From assembly GCA_047495785.1 (NCBI GenBank), contig JBLDXI010000038.1, positions 186,001 to 250,000 of the forward strand: a stretch of DNA of 64,000 bases, given 5' to 3'. This stretch comes from Lepidodermella squamata. Lineage: Eukaryota > Animalia > Gastrotricha. Both the position numbers and the translations under genes were made by a program. Shown one piece after another: positions 27,880-40,106 of the stretch (position 1 is its first letter; each line of letters opens with the position of its first letter). The notes beneath the pieces are model-generated. The model worked only from the letters and a program-made list of their open reading frames with translations, did not search any database and was not told the DNA's origin.

Positions 27880-29492
27880 TTAATGTGAAACTTCGCTACA
27901 TGTAGGTAACGCAAGCGGCGACAAGGTGAAAGAGGATTGAACACCTTGCGTCGACCTTGGCGAGGCAGGGTCACCGGGTGAGTCGGAGAAAGAAGTAGAG
28001 GGTGACGTGGTTTGAACGTGACTACTAGCACTGCCATTTGTAACCTTACGAGGCAGCTCTTCTCCATTATCACCCAAATCATTGAGCCCTGTTTCACTTT
28101 GAGTTCTAGTGAGTCCTAATGCTGAAATTTCGGTCGATATACAAAGAGAGCTGCCATTTTTCTGGCGAAGTTGCGAAGAATCTTTTGCAGTGCCGCCTAT
28201 CGCTGGCGTCGATGTTCCAGGAGATATCTTTGAAACGGATTTTTTTTGGGATGGAATCGACATGGGGCTGATTCTAGGCCGCAGATCTTGGATAAGCCAC
28301 TTTTGCAAAGTGTAATTTCGCACAGTTTTTATAGGCGTACGATTGCTGGGATCTAATTCGAGCAACCCTCTTAGAAGCGTGATAAAAGACGGCGTTAGTC
28401 TCGATAAGCTGTGATGATAAAACGCAAGCGATCCCTCAAGTGATGATGGCTGCCGAAAATCTGATGTCGTTGGCGAGGCAGAAACGTGACCGGGAGTGTT
28501 CGTCGAATTGAGAGCTTCAACGAAATCGCAGAAGATTGAGTCATTTTTTTGAGAGCAAACTTTCCACGACGGAACGCGTTCGACTGTCAGACAAAACAAA
28601 ACCAAGCCATAACCCCAGACATCTTGCGATGCATGAACGGTGTAAAAATCGGATGGCGATAGCTCGACGATTTCAGGCGGCGAAAATGAGTCCGCTCCAC
28701 TAATGCCGGGGTAAGATGCCGATGGCAGGACGCAGACCGAACTGCGTCGGCTGACTGTGGAGGAATTCGATGGAAGCTCAGTTCTGCTCTTCAGAAGCGG
28801 GCTGGTGCTTTGATGAGTCATCATGACGGTTCCATATCGAACCATGCTGCCAGATTTTTTAGTGCGGCTAAAATCGCCCAATTTCACCACACTGAAAGTT
28901 GAATCGACAAGTAGCACGTTTTCAGGTCGAATATCTCCATGCACTAATGATCTCTCGTGGATAAATTGTATTGCAGAAGCCAGCTAGGGAAATACATTTT
29001 TTATATATTATACGATAATTAGGTGATAATTACCTGAATAGCAACAGATTTTAGCTGATGCTCACCAATACGGGTATGATGGTCAGCGAGTTTGGTCGCA
29101 AGATCGCCACCAAGAGCTGGCTCCATCAGGGCGATCATATGGTGATTCGTTCTGAAAGCGTCTGATTGCGTCCGAATGATGTAGGGACACGGCGAGAGGA
29201 AATAAGCAAGAGTTAGCTCAAATTGAAACTGATCCTTCGCCCTTCGAAAATGAACTGAGGAAGGTTGTTGTATACTGATCTCGCTGCTAGGGGATAAATT
29301 ATCTGGAGACTGCTCGAGTCGCACCATTTTAGCGGCGAACATTTCGCCGGTATCACGCTTGCGAACCAGAACAACCTTCGCAAAGCAACCACGCCCTAAT
29401 TCCCGTATGATTTCAAAATGCTTCCTCAAGTCAACGTGAGGTAGGCATTCGACGAAGTCTCTGTTTTGATCGTCTAGGAAAGCTAGGGCCAT
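27880..29492 (-). CDS. Divergent SBK/PKN-associated (NKF1-type) Ser/Thr protein kinase
   Basis: Two exons (intron 28984-29033). LGRGCFAKV, FAAK, FQFELTLAYFLSP, GDL, VHGDIRPENVLL, KLGDFS, SPPE, DVWGYGLVLFCL: the layout of SBK1-family kinases. Confidence 0.8.
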
Positions 29493-31273
29493 CTTTAAAA
29501 TATGTCTAGAATCGAAATGGATGATTATTTATTTGCAAGTATCACGCATAAATAATTAATTAGGATGAGCATATAAGAGATAAGGTTTTATTATGGCTTA
29601 TGGGCAATCTGCACCTTAGATAGTTGGGGAAGGTTATCGCGGTAAAGCTAGGCAGCGGAATCAGTGGTTTATCACGACGTTTGTCAACATTGTCCGAGTT
29701 CGCGCACTAAGAGTACAATCACGATCAACGACCCGACGGCGCCTGACATGCTTTGTCAATAGCATTTTCTATGCTGCCGCGCTCAAAATAGACAAATATC
29801 GACTTTTTGCGGTGATAGTGTGAAAGATTCAATAATTTGCGTATTCTGAAATGATTCAAACTTTAATAATGGCTACGCTAAGAAGAGGGTTTCATGGGCT
29901 TTTCTTCTCCCCCATCGCAGATGCCGTTGAGAGAAGTCGCACTGTAGTAAGAACGCACCCCACGCCACTTATTACTAGTTTTTTGCATCCTTGATATCAA
30001 AAACAAATGACAATGATACAAAAATATGAGCAAGACGCGAGAGCAAACTTCCGATAAAATATATGCCGTATTCCTATTCGTAGCATCCGGTTTTTTAATC
30101 GATCTCATTTACGAATAATATGTAAAACAGGAAGCACTTTTTCTAGGCCCAAAATGTCCATGTACGCGGGACAGGACAATATCTGAATGCAACTGCGTCG
30201 AATCCCCAAAAAGCTAATTTCAATCTAAAAATACCGGTTTAACTACAGGCAGATTTGAGCTCTAGTTAAGTCAGATCTGCGATCAACTTTAATTCGCTTC
30301 AAAATTCCGGGGAGATCACAGGTAAATGCCCAATACAATACTTTTGATGAGTTCGATAAAACCTGGGTAATGTTTAAATGAATGAAGTGGATAGTAGGCC
30401 CACGAGGCGAATTATACCGCTCTTTCGATGACGGGAAAATCAAGCGGGAGAAGGCAACATCATAGGCTGCTTGCTTTTTAAATTTATAGAAAAATCTCAT
30501 GCTCGGAAGCAGTTGTGTTTCATAAGCTAGACTTGATTATTCTGCTTCGGTTAACTCGATAATGCGAATTGCGCACTGACACTGCTTTTGTTTCCGCCTT
30601 TGTATTACATTTATATAAGGCAAGCATATTCGGCAGAGAATTAAATGAACCACGGCTAGACTTGGGCACACAAAAAAGTATTGGTCATTATTCGGTAATG
30701 CCGGTGATGAACGCGCAGGATTAAAAAGCAAGAAAAAAAATCGATTGATATTTTTTGAAAAAATATGAGTGTACTTGAAAAGCGTACATCCTGATATAAT
30801 AGATGCGTCATCATTTTTTCAGCCCAAGGCTTCTCCTGCTCAACCGGAGCGTGAATCAGAAGCGCCTCGCTCGAAATGCGATCAGATCAGACAGCGATGA
30901 ACGTCGTCAGCATTGTCATAGAAATATTGCTAGGGATCGCCCTTTAATTAGCAAAAATTTCTGATTCAACGAACCGGAAGTGCTATAACTGAAGGTGAAA
31001 TTAGTTGAACCCTGGATGCCACTAAAACGCCATTTACATAACAGTGTTTTATTACTCTACACTTACGAACACCTCTCTAATGATTTGTCTTGAACATTAG
31101 ATCAGCGACCGACTACGATTTCAACAGATGAAATAATTGTTTCGGTAAATATCATCTGATTAGGACAAAGCCTCAACATAGCACACGCACATAAAATCAA
31201 CAAAAATTTCACCATTTAACACAGAAAGGAAACTACACGAAATTATGGAAATAGTTTTTCACAGAATGTATCT

Positions 31274-34200
31274 TCAAGCCATCGCTACGTCAGTATTTTC
31301 GACTGTGGCGGCAGTTTTCGACTCTAAAAATTGTAAAAAAAATTAAAATCAAAATATTCCGAAATAAAATCAAATTACTGATAGGCGATGGATCGTCGAC
31401 AGCTTTTCTCTTCGATCCCGCACGTTGGTCGATTGTAGGACTAGGGTTGAATTGACACTGGCGTTCAATGCCAAGAACCTTCCAGATGAGGCCGAAAGCG
31501 ACCAGGCGAAGCGCGTGTTGAGCACTAGCCGTGATGTCTTCGCGTTGTTGTTCATTCAGGGTACGAGCCGCATCGGTTGGGGTGCGCTCGCATGGGTCGT
31601 AGATGCCAGGACCGCCAGGTAGCAGAATGCCAGCGGCGATGCACTCAAAAACTCGGCGCAGTAGTTGAGCCGCGGTTAGCTGCACAGCTGCTGTTGCTGC
31701 GCATTTTTCAATTAACAACTCCAGGGCCTGAAATTTCGATTACTAGGTCAGGCTGAGAAATATCTCAAAAGGAAACAAACCCATTGGGGAAATGGATTCC
31801 ACGTTGGTACTCTTCGGGATAAATCACGAAGGATTCTTAGCGCAACCATCGCTTCTGTGTTTGGTGACAACTTGGCCTGTCATTCAAAATAGTGAAAAAA
31901 ATATTGCAAATAATTGTTAGAGTAGTGATAAAAGCTGTAAAAAATAATGATTTGCTTGATTTTGCCACAGTAGGCAAAGAAATGCGTAACGAAATGCGAT
32001 TACGAATTTCTTCGAAGTTGCATCAGCGGTAGGTGAGTGTCGTTCTTTGAAGGACATTCAGTTCCGTAATTTCAGTTCCAGTAGGAAGGATTTCACGCCA
32101 ATTGCAATGATGTGGCAATGTAAACCAATCAGTGCAATTGGGTTGTTACAACTGAATCAAGCGAAGCGAATGCCACTCTCGCCGTTGAAGGCACGGGCAT
32201 TAGCTTTACCAGTTCAACAACGTCTTCGAAATGTCGCCTTCGTTTTGCATCATCATTAGCGTACACCAAAAAGAACAAACAAGAAATGTTATCATCTTTT
32301 TGGTGCAGACCTGAAAAAATTTCGCATGTCTTAGCTCCGCGAGGGCATCGACTGTGCATTTTCGAGGCAACATGTCAGACGGGTCAGTCGCAGCGTCTAG
32401 AAAAATACACGGATACGGTCAATAAACAACGACAATCACTTGTTTTTAGGCAACAATCAACAACCAACCCAACGCACAGAGCCCCCGAGTTTTAAATAGT
32501 AACGCACCTTTCGGATCGTCACCAATTGCTTGAGAAGTGAAGAAAACACGGCACTCGTATTTTCGTTGTTGAAGGGCCGCCGGTTCGGAAGAAATCGCCT
32601 CGCCATCGTTTTCCGTCTCGTCAGCAGGAATCTTCGCAGTTGTTGAAATCACAAGCATGGCCTGGTCCGGAGCCTCGGTTACATTAAATTCACCCATTTC
32701 CACTTCATTTTGAGCAGGAAGAACCGCTTCCGACTTGGTCGCGGCGGTGAGATTGGCGGGCAAAGTGGCCGCAACTTTAGTCAGCAGTTCGCGCGTCGGC
32801 TTTTCCAGACACATGACCACCAATTCTACGGTGGTATCGCCACGAATAAGAAGGCCCTTGGCAAGTGGTCCACAGCGTTGAACTCCACGTAAATGTCGCA
32901 TTTGCTGAATCTCCTGCTGACTAGGCATCCATCTTTCAGTTTCTCCTTCATCATTCTTGTCAGCTTCCCTCTTTTCACGCTCCTTCTTGACCTCATCCTC
33001 GAGTAATTGATCAGATGCCATCTTCAAGGCACATTCAGAACGCAGTACAAGTCGCTGAATAGCCTGCAACTCAGGTTGCGACGCATACACCACGGAATGC
33101 TTCGTTAGCACATAACGATCATCTTGCTCTGATGTTCCAAAAGAATTCGGTTGCGGGCTGAACAGTGGCTTGAGGTGAGGTACTGGGGGCGCAAAGTACG
33201 GTGCTCTCGGCATGCCCATTTGAGCGTAGTAACGGTTGCCAGGCATAAGAGCCGACTTGGCACCGCCGCGTTTGTTTTTGAAAGAATTAGTTTTCACCTC
33301 TACAACCAAAGTTGGATCTACTTTTTGCTTATAGGCTAGTCGATGGCGGCGACCCTTCAGATGCATTTCCTTTGCGAACAGATCGTTAAACGAGCAGTCA
33401 CAGAGTTTGCACTTGAAACTGACGAGTTTCCCATTATCACCAAGAACGTTTTCGACGTATTCAGCACCGACAGGCGCTACCTCCTTCTCATTCGGCAGAT
33501 AAAGAATTCCTGAAGAGGTTGTTCTTGGCTGTGATAGGGCTTGTTTCAACTCTGGAATTTGTGGACCGGGTTGTCCGTTGCCAGCTTCCGGTTGAACAGG
33601 GCCGATCTCACCCTCGCCGCCGATTGTATGTAATTGCCCGGCAGGTACAAACGCAACTTTTGCTGTTCCGAGAACCGTGTTTCCTTTTCCGACAACTTTA
33701 GGCAGCAGCTTTTTGTCCAAAGTACCTTTTTTCTCAGCTGTGGTCATGTTAGCCTGTGCAGCTTGAGCGGGGGTCACAACTACAGGTTCAGATGATGGAA
33801 CAGCTTTACCCATCTGCTGGTAAACTTTGATCGTCTTCTGATGCTTGGCGCCATTGACATGAGCAACGAAAGCATCCGAGCCAGTGACGGTGATTTCGCA
33901 CACCGCACATTTCAGAAAACTGGCGCGCCCAGTAGCAGGGGCGGCATCATTGCCGGCCTTAGCAGCCGCTTCTTTTTTCTTATGTTTCGACCCAGCCAGG
34001 TGTTCCTGCCATGTTTGAGGGCCAGCGCAAGAAATTTTGCAAGTATCGCAGTAATAAGTCTGAACACGAGGGCCAGCGGACGCTGACCCAGCTGAGCCAC
34101 CTCGCTTTCCCCAGAACGAGCGCCTGTTGGCTGCACCGCCTCTACCAGCTGAATTGTTTCCAAAACCGTATTTGTTGTTATCGGTTTTGATACCCGAGTA

Positions 34201-34739
34201 AGTTGTGGCAGCAGATAAAACGGCAGCATCATATCCTAATACAAGCAAATGACAGAAAATAAATACCAATTCAGGTAGTCAAGACGAACCATTGTTGGAC
34301 GATGAAGGGGCTTGGCCGGCTTGGACAAAATTTGAATATAAACCCTGTATAATGATGGTATAAGATCGTTAGATCTTCCTGATATTTCTCGTGGAATCGT
34401 GTTACCTGCGCTCTTTGAACCGGCTTAACAGCCGATGTCGATGTGACGACCGTGACAGTTTTTATTGGAGCAGCACTGTACATTGTGGTATATTGCTAAT
34501 GGATGACAATGTTGAAGGTTCAAAAGTGTTAATATTGGGCTTGAATTACTTGATTGTACTGGTTTGTCGAAGGGTATGCAACTTGATAAGACTGTGATTG
34601 ATTTGAAGACACATTTTGAGTTGCAGCAGCCGCAGCAGCCATGTAGGACCTATCATTCCGATTAACATCATCCACGGAAAACTGCATCAACTTACGCGAA
34701 TTGGGCATTTTGCGCAGGAAAACCGTAATAAGAACTCAT
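31274..34739 (-). CDS. ZFR: Zinc finger RNA-binding protein (3 C2H2 dsRNA-binding fingers + DZF domain)
   Basis: YCDTCKISCAGPQTWQEHL.GSKHKKKE, CAVCEITVTGSDAFVAHVNGAKHQK, FKCKLCDCSFND..AKEMHLKGRRHRL; DZF segments LAKGLLIRGD, LAELRHAKFFQ, GPGIYDPCE, QQREDITASAQHALRLVAF. Start MSSYYGF at 34739 inferred. Confidence 0.95.
32023..32260 (-). ncRNA. Candidate intronic box C/D snoRNA or scaRNA in a ZFR intron
   Basis: Box C ATGATGA (32256-32250), CTGA boxes (32132-32129 and 32026-32023) and two hairpins, inside a 434-nt intron (31877-32310) where neighbouring introns are far shorter; no target identified. Confidence 0.35.
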
Positions 34740-35309
34740 TTTAGAGTATCTAAAATAAATAAATTAAAATTAGGAGTCGTGAAACAGCATATCGTTAATG
34801 TTGTTGAATATCCCGGATTGAAACTTGTTTGCGCCGGTTTTATGGTGTAAGGTAACAAGTAAAGAATAACTTAAATTAGCCTCATAATATAAAATTCACG
34901 CAAAAAAGCGAGGCTGCGGTTAGCATGAAAATATGAATGTTTATTTATTTCGAACAAAGACATTAGGTAATGGCGAACGCGCTCTCTAGAGCATTTCTTC
35001 CTGCTTATAAAGATTACTTTCAACCGGATTACAATCACTGTCAGTTCACAATCAGAACTAAGAACCCAGATATACAATAATATATGTCGGAGCCACATAT
35101 CACACACACATCACCTTCTACTGCCTGCCCTCATACCTTGGGGACCTAATATCCAAAGGAACAAAGTAATTCCTTATTCCTTGGGCGGAGGAAAAGCCCT
35201 AATGTCGAAGGCAATTAGGCAATCCATAGACAATAGTCGAAATAAACGTGAAACGTAAAGATAGGCGCTTAAAGGAAATTAGTGTATTTTTTAACTGTGG
35301 TCTTATTTC

Positions 35310-36006
35310 CAGTAGCGGCGCCAGGGGGGGGGGGGGGGCGAGGGGGGCGCCGCCCCCCTGACGAGATTTTTCTTGGATTCTCGCCCCCCCCCCTGGAAAT
35401 TTTCAGCTCTCAACCCGAATTTGGAGCATTTTTAGGCTATTCCGGCAAAAAACCTCACAACTCACAAAAATAGCGCCAGCTAAAGCTCGCTTCGCTCGCA
35501 TTAAGGGCAATAGTCTACATTTGCGATCTTATTCTGCAATTCCTAGGGATTTTGTTCAGACTACTTTTTCAAGGATCGCAAACCAATTAAACAGCCAATA
35601 AGGTTGTAAATATTTAGTGTTAAGCACTACAGCTAGGGCGCGCTGTGGGGAATAACCAAGATAGTGGCGGTTTACGACGCCCCGTGCCCGTATGCGGAAG
35701 AAATCCCTGAGAACAAGACTCCTGAAAACTTCAGATTAGGTAAAGTGGGTCGAAATATAAGCATTTCTAAGTTAGTCCCTGAGTACTATTTTCAAAAAAT
35801 AGCGTTAGCTAAAGCTCGCTTCGCTCGCATGGATTTAGATTTTTTGTGTCTTCATTGGTAGCTTTTTAAACTATCTCTTATTTCAACGTTCTGCTACAGT
35901 CTTTCGCACACATACACGCAAAATTACGACATTTTTGCCAGCTTAGTCTATTAAGTGATCGCCCCCAGCTCGCCCCCTTGACCACAGAACCCTGGCGCCG
36001 TCCCTG
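35310..36006. mobile_element. hAT-type non-autonomous element (MITE), 697 bp
   Basis: Imperfect TIRs CAGTAGCGGCGCCAGGG / CCCTGGCGCCGTCCCTG; exact 8-bp TSD CTTATTTC (35302-35309 and 36007-36014); G/C homopolymer runs near the ends. Confidence 0.9.
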
Positions 36007-36062
36007 CTTATTTCTGATTGCTATACCAGAAATTCTGGCAGGGTCGTCACTAGCGACTCCTG

Positions 36063-36065
<3 letters not shown>

Positions 36066-36099
<34 letters not shown>
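36066..36099. repeat. (AG)17 microsatellite
   Basis: Perfect AG dinucleotide run. Confidence 0.98.
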
Positions 36100-36101
<2 letters not shown>

Positions 36102-37313
36102 ATTAGGCGGTAAGCGAAACTGACAGCTTCATTAAAAAATTTCTTTCACGTTGAAGATGAAGCGTTCTAGGTTGCTGAGCTGTGGATCTGAGATCACAGG
36201 CCCCAGGCCCTTTCCGCCTCGAGGCGTTTAGGCATCGCCACGGTGAAACGCCCGGCAAAAGTGGGACGGTCATTTTACATTTTTTCATTCGAATTGCAAA
36301 ATTTAATGTGAAAACTGTCCTAAAATTGGATATCCTTAATTTCAGAGATATAAATATTATTGAACAGAACTGGAACATTAATATGGTACATAATTTGAAA
36401 TTGCGCGGGAAGTTTCAGAGATGTCCAAACTTTTTTCCGTTTTTTTCTCTCTAGCTAGCTTGTTTGCCTTTGGGATGTTATGCGTGTGTCGTGCTTGCTC
36501 TCAAAATCTTCCAAAAACATTGTTACCTTGAACCTTGTTGAAGAGGTAACGCATTTCTTGCCTGTTGATGCTCATTTTTAAGCCAAACGCCAAAAAAACA
36601 GCGGCGTAGTTAAAGGCAAGGGGTTCTTAGGGCAACTCAAATCTTCACCCACCCATTGCCCTTGTTTACCAAACCTCCGCTATTCTAACCTCTAACCTCA
36701 AGAAAAGAACTTCAACTGTACGAATCTAAAACTGCGTCTTTGCTTGCCAAGGGCGGTCAACTCCTGTGTCTGGCACCCGCTATCAGAACATGAGACGCAT
36801 GCGGCATCTGACTACATACTTATATTCTCTAGTATAAGTATTCTCTATATTGCCATTCGTGTCTAACTAGTAGCTTTTTCTATCTTACTGAGCTTTTTCT
36901 TATTGGAAATAACCCCGCAATAAATCTGAATATTCTCAGTGGATCTAAATTCAAATGACGACACTCCATTCTGTGCACCTTGATTCACTAATATATTAGT
37001 TTACTAATATATATAATTGGTGTTATTTACATCACTGGGAAAATTCCGCTACTTATCCTTGATTGAAATGCGAAAAACTGCGATGAATATCAGAGTACTA
37101 ATTATCTTGCGCTTGCAATGACATGAGCGAATTTCAGAACAATCCGGAAAGTAATAAACTCACGATGTACTGTCTATTCGCTTCAGGTCAGTGGATCGCT
37201 CGACCTTCAACCAGTCCATCTTTAATTATTTATTCAGTTGGCAGAATAGCTTAAAATCTGCGTCATTTTTCATTCTCCTGTCTCCCGCAATAACTCACCC
37301 TCATTCATCATTT

Positions 37314-37806
37314 ATGTTGTCTAGCAAACCATCCATGCTTACAAGGGCTGTGAAATTTATTTGCTCTAACAGAGCCTTGTCATCAGCGGCCAAGGAAGAA
37401 ATCAAGTCTATTGAATTCAGCCAGTTGAAGTCATTGCTAAATAATGGCTCGAAAAAGCTAGTAATAATTGACGTAAGAGAGCCCAAGGAGCTCATTAGCG
37501 ATGGAAAGATTCCTCAATCAGTCAATATCCCACGTATGTTTCCTATTCCTGGATTATATTTAATTGTTAAGTGACGCTCCTTCAGTTGGGGAATTGAAAT
37601 CGGCATTTTCGCTGCCGAAGGAACAATTCGCTGAAAAGATGAAGACAGCTAAACCCGAGGACTCCGAAGCAACCCTTGTTTTGCACTGCAAAATGGGCAT
37701 ACGAGCCATGAAAGGTGCCATGATGCTGAAAGAAATGGGCTACAAAAACATCTCTGTGTTTCCTGGGGGATTTAAAGAATGGAACGAAAAGAACCCTCAA
37801 AGCTAA
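37314..37806 (+). CDS. Single-domain rhodanese/sulfurtransferase (TSTD-like), probably mitochondrial
   Basis: IIDVREPKEL..GKIPQSVNIP|LGEL; active-site loop HCKMGIRA; FPGGFKEW; one intron 37534-37586; N-terminus rich in Ser/Lys/Arg, resembling a transit peptide. Confidence 0.9.
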
Positions 37807-37883
37807 TTTTATATTGAAGCAAGGAGACCGCAGGCTTTCATTGAGCTGTGATTTTTTTCATGATTATTAGCGAGTTACATTGA

Positions 37884-38670
37884 ATGAATTGCGACACTGT
37901 TACCTTGGGCAATCATAGCTTCGAGGAAATTTATGAAACGATTGTGCTGCCTGATGGAGAGGACGTGAACGAATGGATAGCTACGACGCGTATGTTTGAT
38001 AGCTTCTTATTTGAATGACAAACCTCAATAACTATTTGTTGCAGTCAGTGATTTATTCAATCAAGTTTCCATGCTATATGGGACCCTGTCCGAATACTGC
38101 ACAGAGAGAAGTTGTCCAATAATGGCTGCTGGTATGGTTCGCGAATATGCATGGGCTGAAAATGGGAGCGATCAACCGCTGTCTTGCCCAGCCCCCAAGT
38201 ACATCGACATGTATGTATCTCAAATCCAGATACTTTTTTTTATCTTTATTATTTTGAAGATTATTTACTTGGATGCAAAACTTGCTTGACGACGAAAGTT
38301 TGTTTCCGTCAAAAGTCGAATCAGCGTTTTCCCCAACTTTCCTGGAGACAGCCCGATCTATGTTTAAGCGTTTGTTCCGAGTTTTCGCTCACATTTATCA
38401 CAATCACGCTGACAACTTGATTAGTTTGGGGCAGCTGAAGCATGTATGTTTGACATATTAATAGTTCCAAGTTTGAAAGTTGTTTTTCAGGCTAACACTT
38501 CTCTGCGCCATTTTGTATTATTCGTGCGTGAGTTTTCACTGGTTGACGAAGAAGAACTGTCCGTCCTCCAGCCTTTTATCAATCGATTATGCGGTCTCCC
38601 CAAGCCTCCAGCTGCCAGTCATGGCGAAATTAGTGTCATGGAACAAAATTCGACAATAGAGAAACCATAA
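37884..38670 (+). CDS. MOB1: MOB kinase activator (MOB1-like), short N-terminus
   Basis: VLPDGEDVNEWIA, FNQVSMLYGTLSEYCTERSCPIMAAG, PAPKYID, LDDESLFPSK, FKRLFRVFAHIYHNH, NTSLRHFVLFVREFSLV; three short introns. Confidence 0.88.
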
Positions 38671-38763
38671 TTTTTGATTTTTTTTTCTATTTATCGCCGT
38701 CTCACATATGATATGAAAAAGCATGTGTATCTCAAATTATTCCCATATCTGAAGCCGCGTTGC

Positions 38764-38809
38764 AATAAAGAAAGCGCCCAGGAATGATTTTCTTCAATGC
38801 TTTTTATAG
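38764..38809 (+). promoter_or_regulatory. Poly(A) signal followed by an unpaired 3' splice-acceptor-like site
   Basis: AATAAA at 38764-38769, then T-rich ...CTTTTTATAG ending at 38809, 3 nt before the LYRM1 ATG (38813). Confidence 0.45.
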
Positions 38810-38812
38810 TAT

Positions 38813-39294
38813 ATGAGCGCGTTAAAACCTCAAGTTTTAAAACTTTATCGACAATCTTTGCGGCTTGCTCGTAATTGGCAGGCTGCGTCTGGGCGTGAAA
38901 AGGATACGGCAGCTGAGCGAAATTACATCGCCGAAGAAGCGAGAAGTCTTTTCCGCAAAAACAAAGACGTGAGTTAATTATTTTCTATATTACGTCGGAC
39001 CCAAGGCTTAATTGACTTGTAAAGTTGGTAAACGAGGACGATATTCGCCGGCACATTCTCGAGGCTGAGAGCAGGATAGCCCTAGGTAATATTTTGCGCA
39101 TTTTATTTGCATTAGTAATGCTATTCTTCCGCCGCTTAGCTCTTCACTACAAAAATCCTTATCCAAGACCTGTTCATTTTCCCCAGTGGGACGCTGTTAA
39201 ATCTGCTTCCAATCTATCAGCCGTTCGAGCCAAGATCAAACGAGCCCAGCCGACTTACGTCTCGTCATATTTCGAAGAAAAATCGTCTAAATGA
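38813..39294 (+). CDS. LYRM1: LYR motif-containing protein 1, 123 aa
   Basis: Exons 38813-38968, 39025-39085, 39140-39294: VLKLYRQSLRLARNWQAASG...YIAEEARSLFRKNK...LHYKNPYPRPVH, matching LYRM1. Confidence 0.92.
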
Positions 39295-40106
39295 CGCTAT
39301 TTTTGCTATGCGAAGTCGCTGTAGTGTGGATTGTTATCTCACTTGTTCTGTACATATATTTTTTACTGACGCAAGATGCAAGGTTGAAGTCACGTTTTAA
39401 CGAAAAATTCAATAACTATCTTCACGTCACTGCTCATCCTGACGATGAGTGTATGTTTTTCGGACCACTGATTAGCAATTTGCTGCGTTGGAAAGCCCAA
39501 TATCGCCTGCTATGTCTTTCTTCTGGAAATTTCTACGGGGTCGGTGATATTCGTCGCTCAGAACTTTTCAACGCAACAACAGAGCTTGGAATCGCCAATG
39601 ACTCAGTTTCGTTGATTGATGACCCTCGTTTGCCAGATTCCATGCGTGAGAGTTGGGCGACAGACGCTATTCTTGAATTCGTTGACGGAAATTGCGACAA
39701 ACTCGCCAAATCTTCGCCGAGGAAAGAATTGACTATGATCACGTTCGATTCAATCGGGATTACTAGACATCCTAATCACACATCTCTTCACCGCGCGTTG
39801 TCTTCGGCTGAGTGCGAAAAACGGCGCTTACTAACTCTGGTTTCGATTCCATTCTTCGTCCAATACACCGGTTCATTGACGTGTTTACCGATACTGACCT
39901 TGGTTTGGCTGTGGAAGAAACTGACGGCTTCCAAAAATGGCAACGCCTGCATCGTGGTTGCCTCGCCGAAGCAATGGCTGCAAACGATTCGCGCTATGCT
40001 ATGTCACAAATCTCAGATTTTCTGGTTCAGAGTGCTTCATCTTATGCTATCTTCCTATTTACTTGTGAATGTAATCGAAGAAGAGAACGTTGAGAATAGC
40101 GAGTAG
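39291..40106 (+). CDS. PIGL: N-acetylglucosaminyl-phosphatidylinositol de-N-acetylase, intronless
   Basis: N-terminal transmembrane anchor, TAHPDDECMFFGP, LCLSSGN, ITFD..GITRHPNH, AMLCHKSQIFWFR. Confidence 0.93.
   Translation: MTLFLLCEVAVVWIVISLVLYIYFLLTQDARLKSRFNEKFNNYLHVTAHPDDECMFFGPLISNLLRWKAQYRLLCLSSGNFYGVGDIRRSELFNATTELGIANDSVSLIDDPRLPDSMRESWATDAILEFVDGNCDKLAKSSPRKELTMITFDSIGITRHPNHTSLHRALSSAECEKRRLLTLVSIPFFVQYTGSLTCLPILTLVWLWKKLTASKNGNACIVVASPKQWLQTIRAMLCHKSQIFWFRVLHLMLSSYLLVNVIEEENVENSE

Noticed and set aside
32098-32141. Hairpin containing ATGA as a possible SECIS element
   Set aside because: No matching 3' GA for the quartet, intronic and antisense location, and no in-frame UGA gene nearby.
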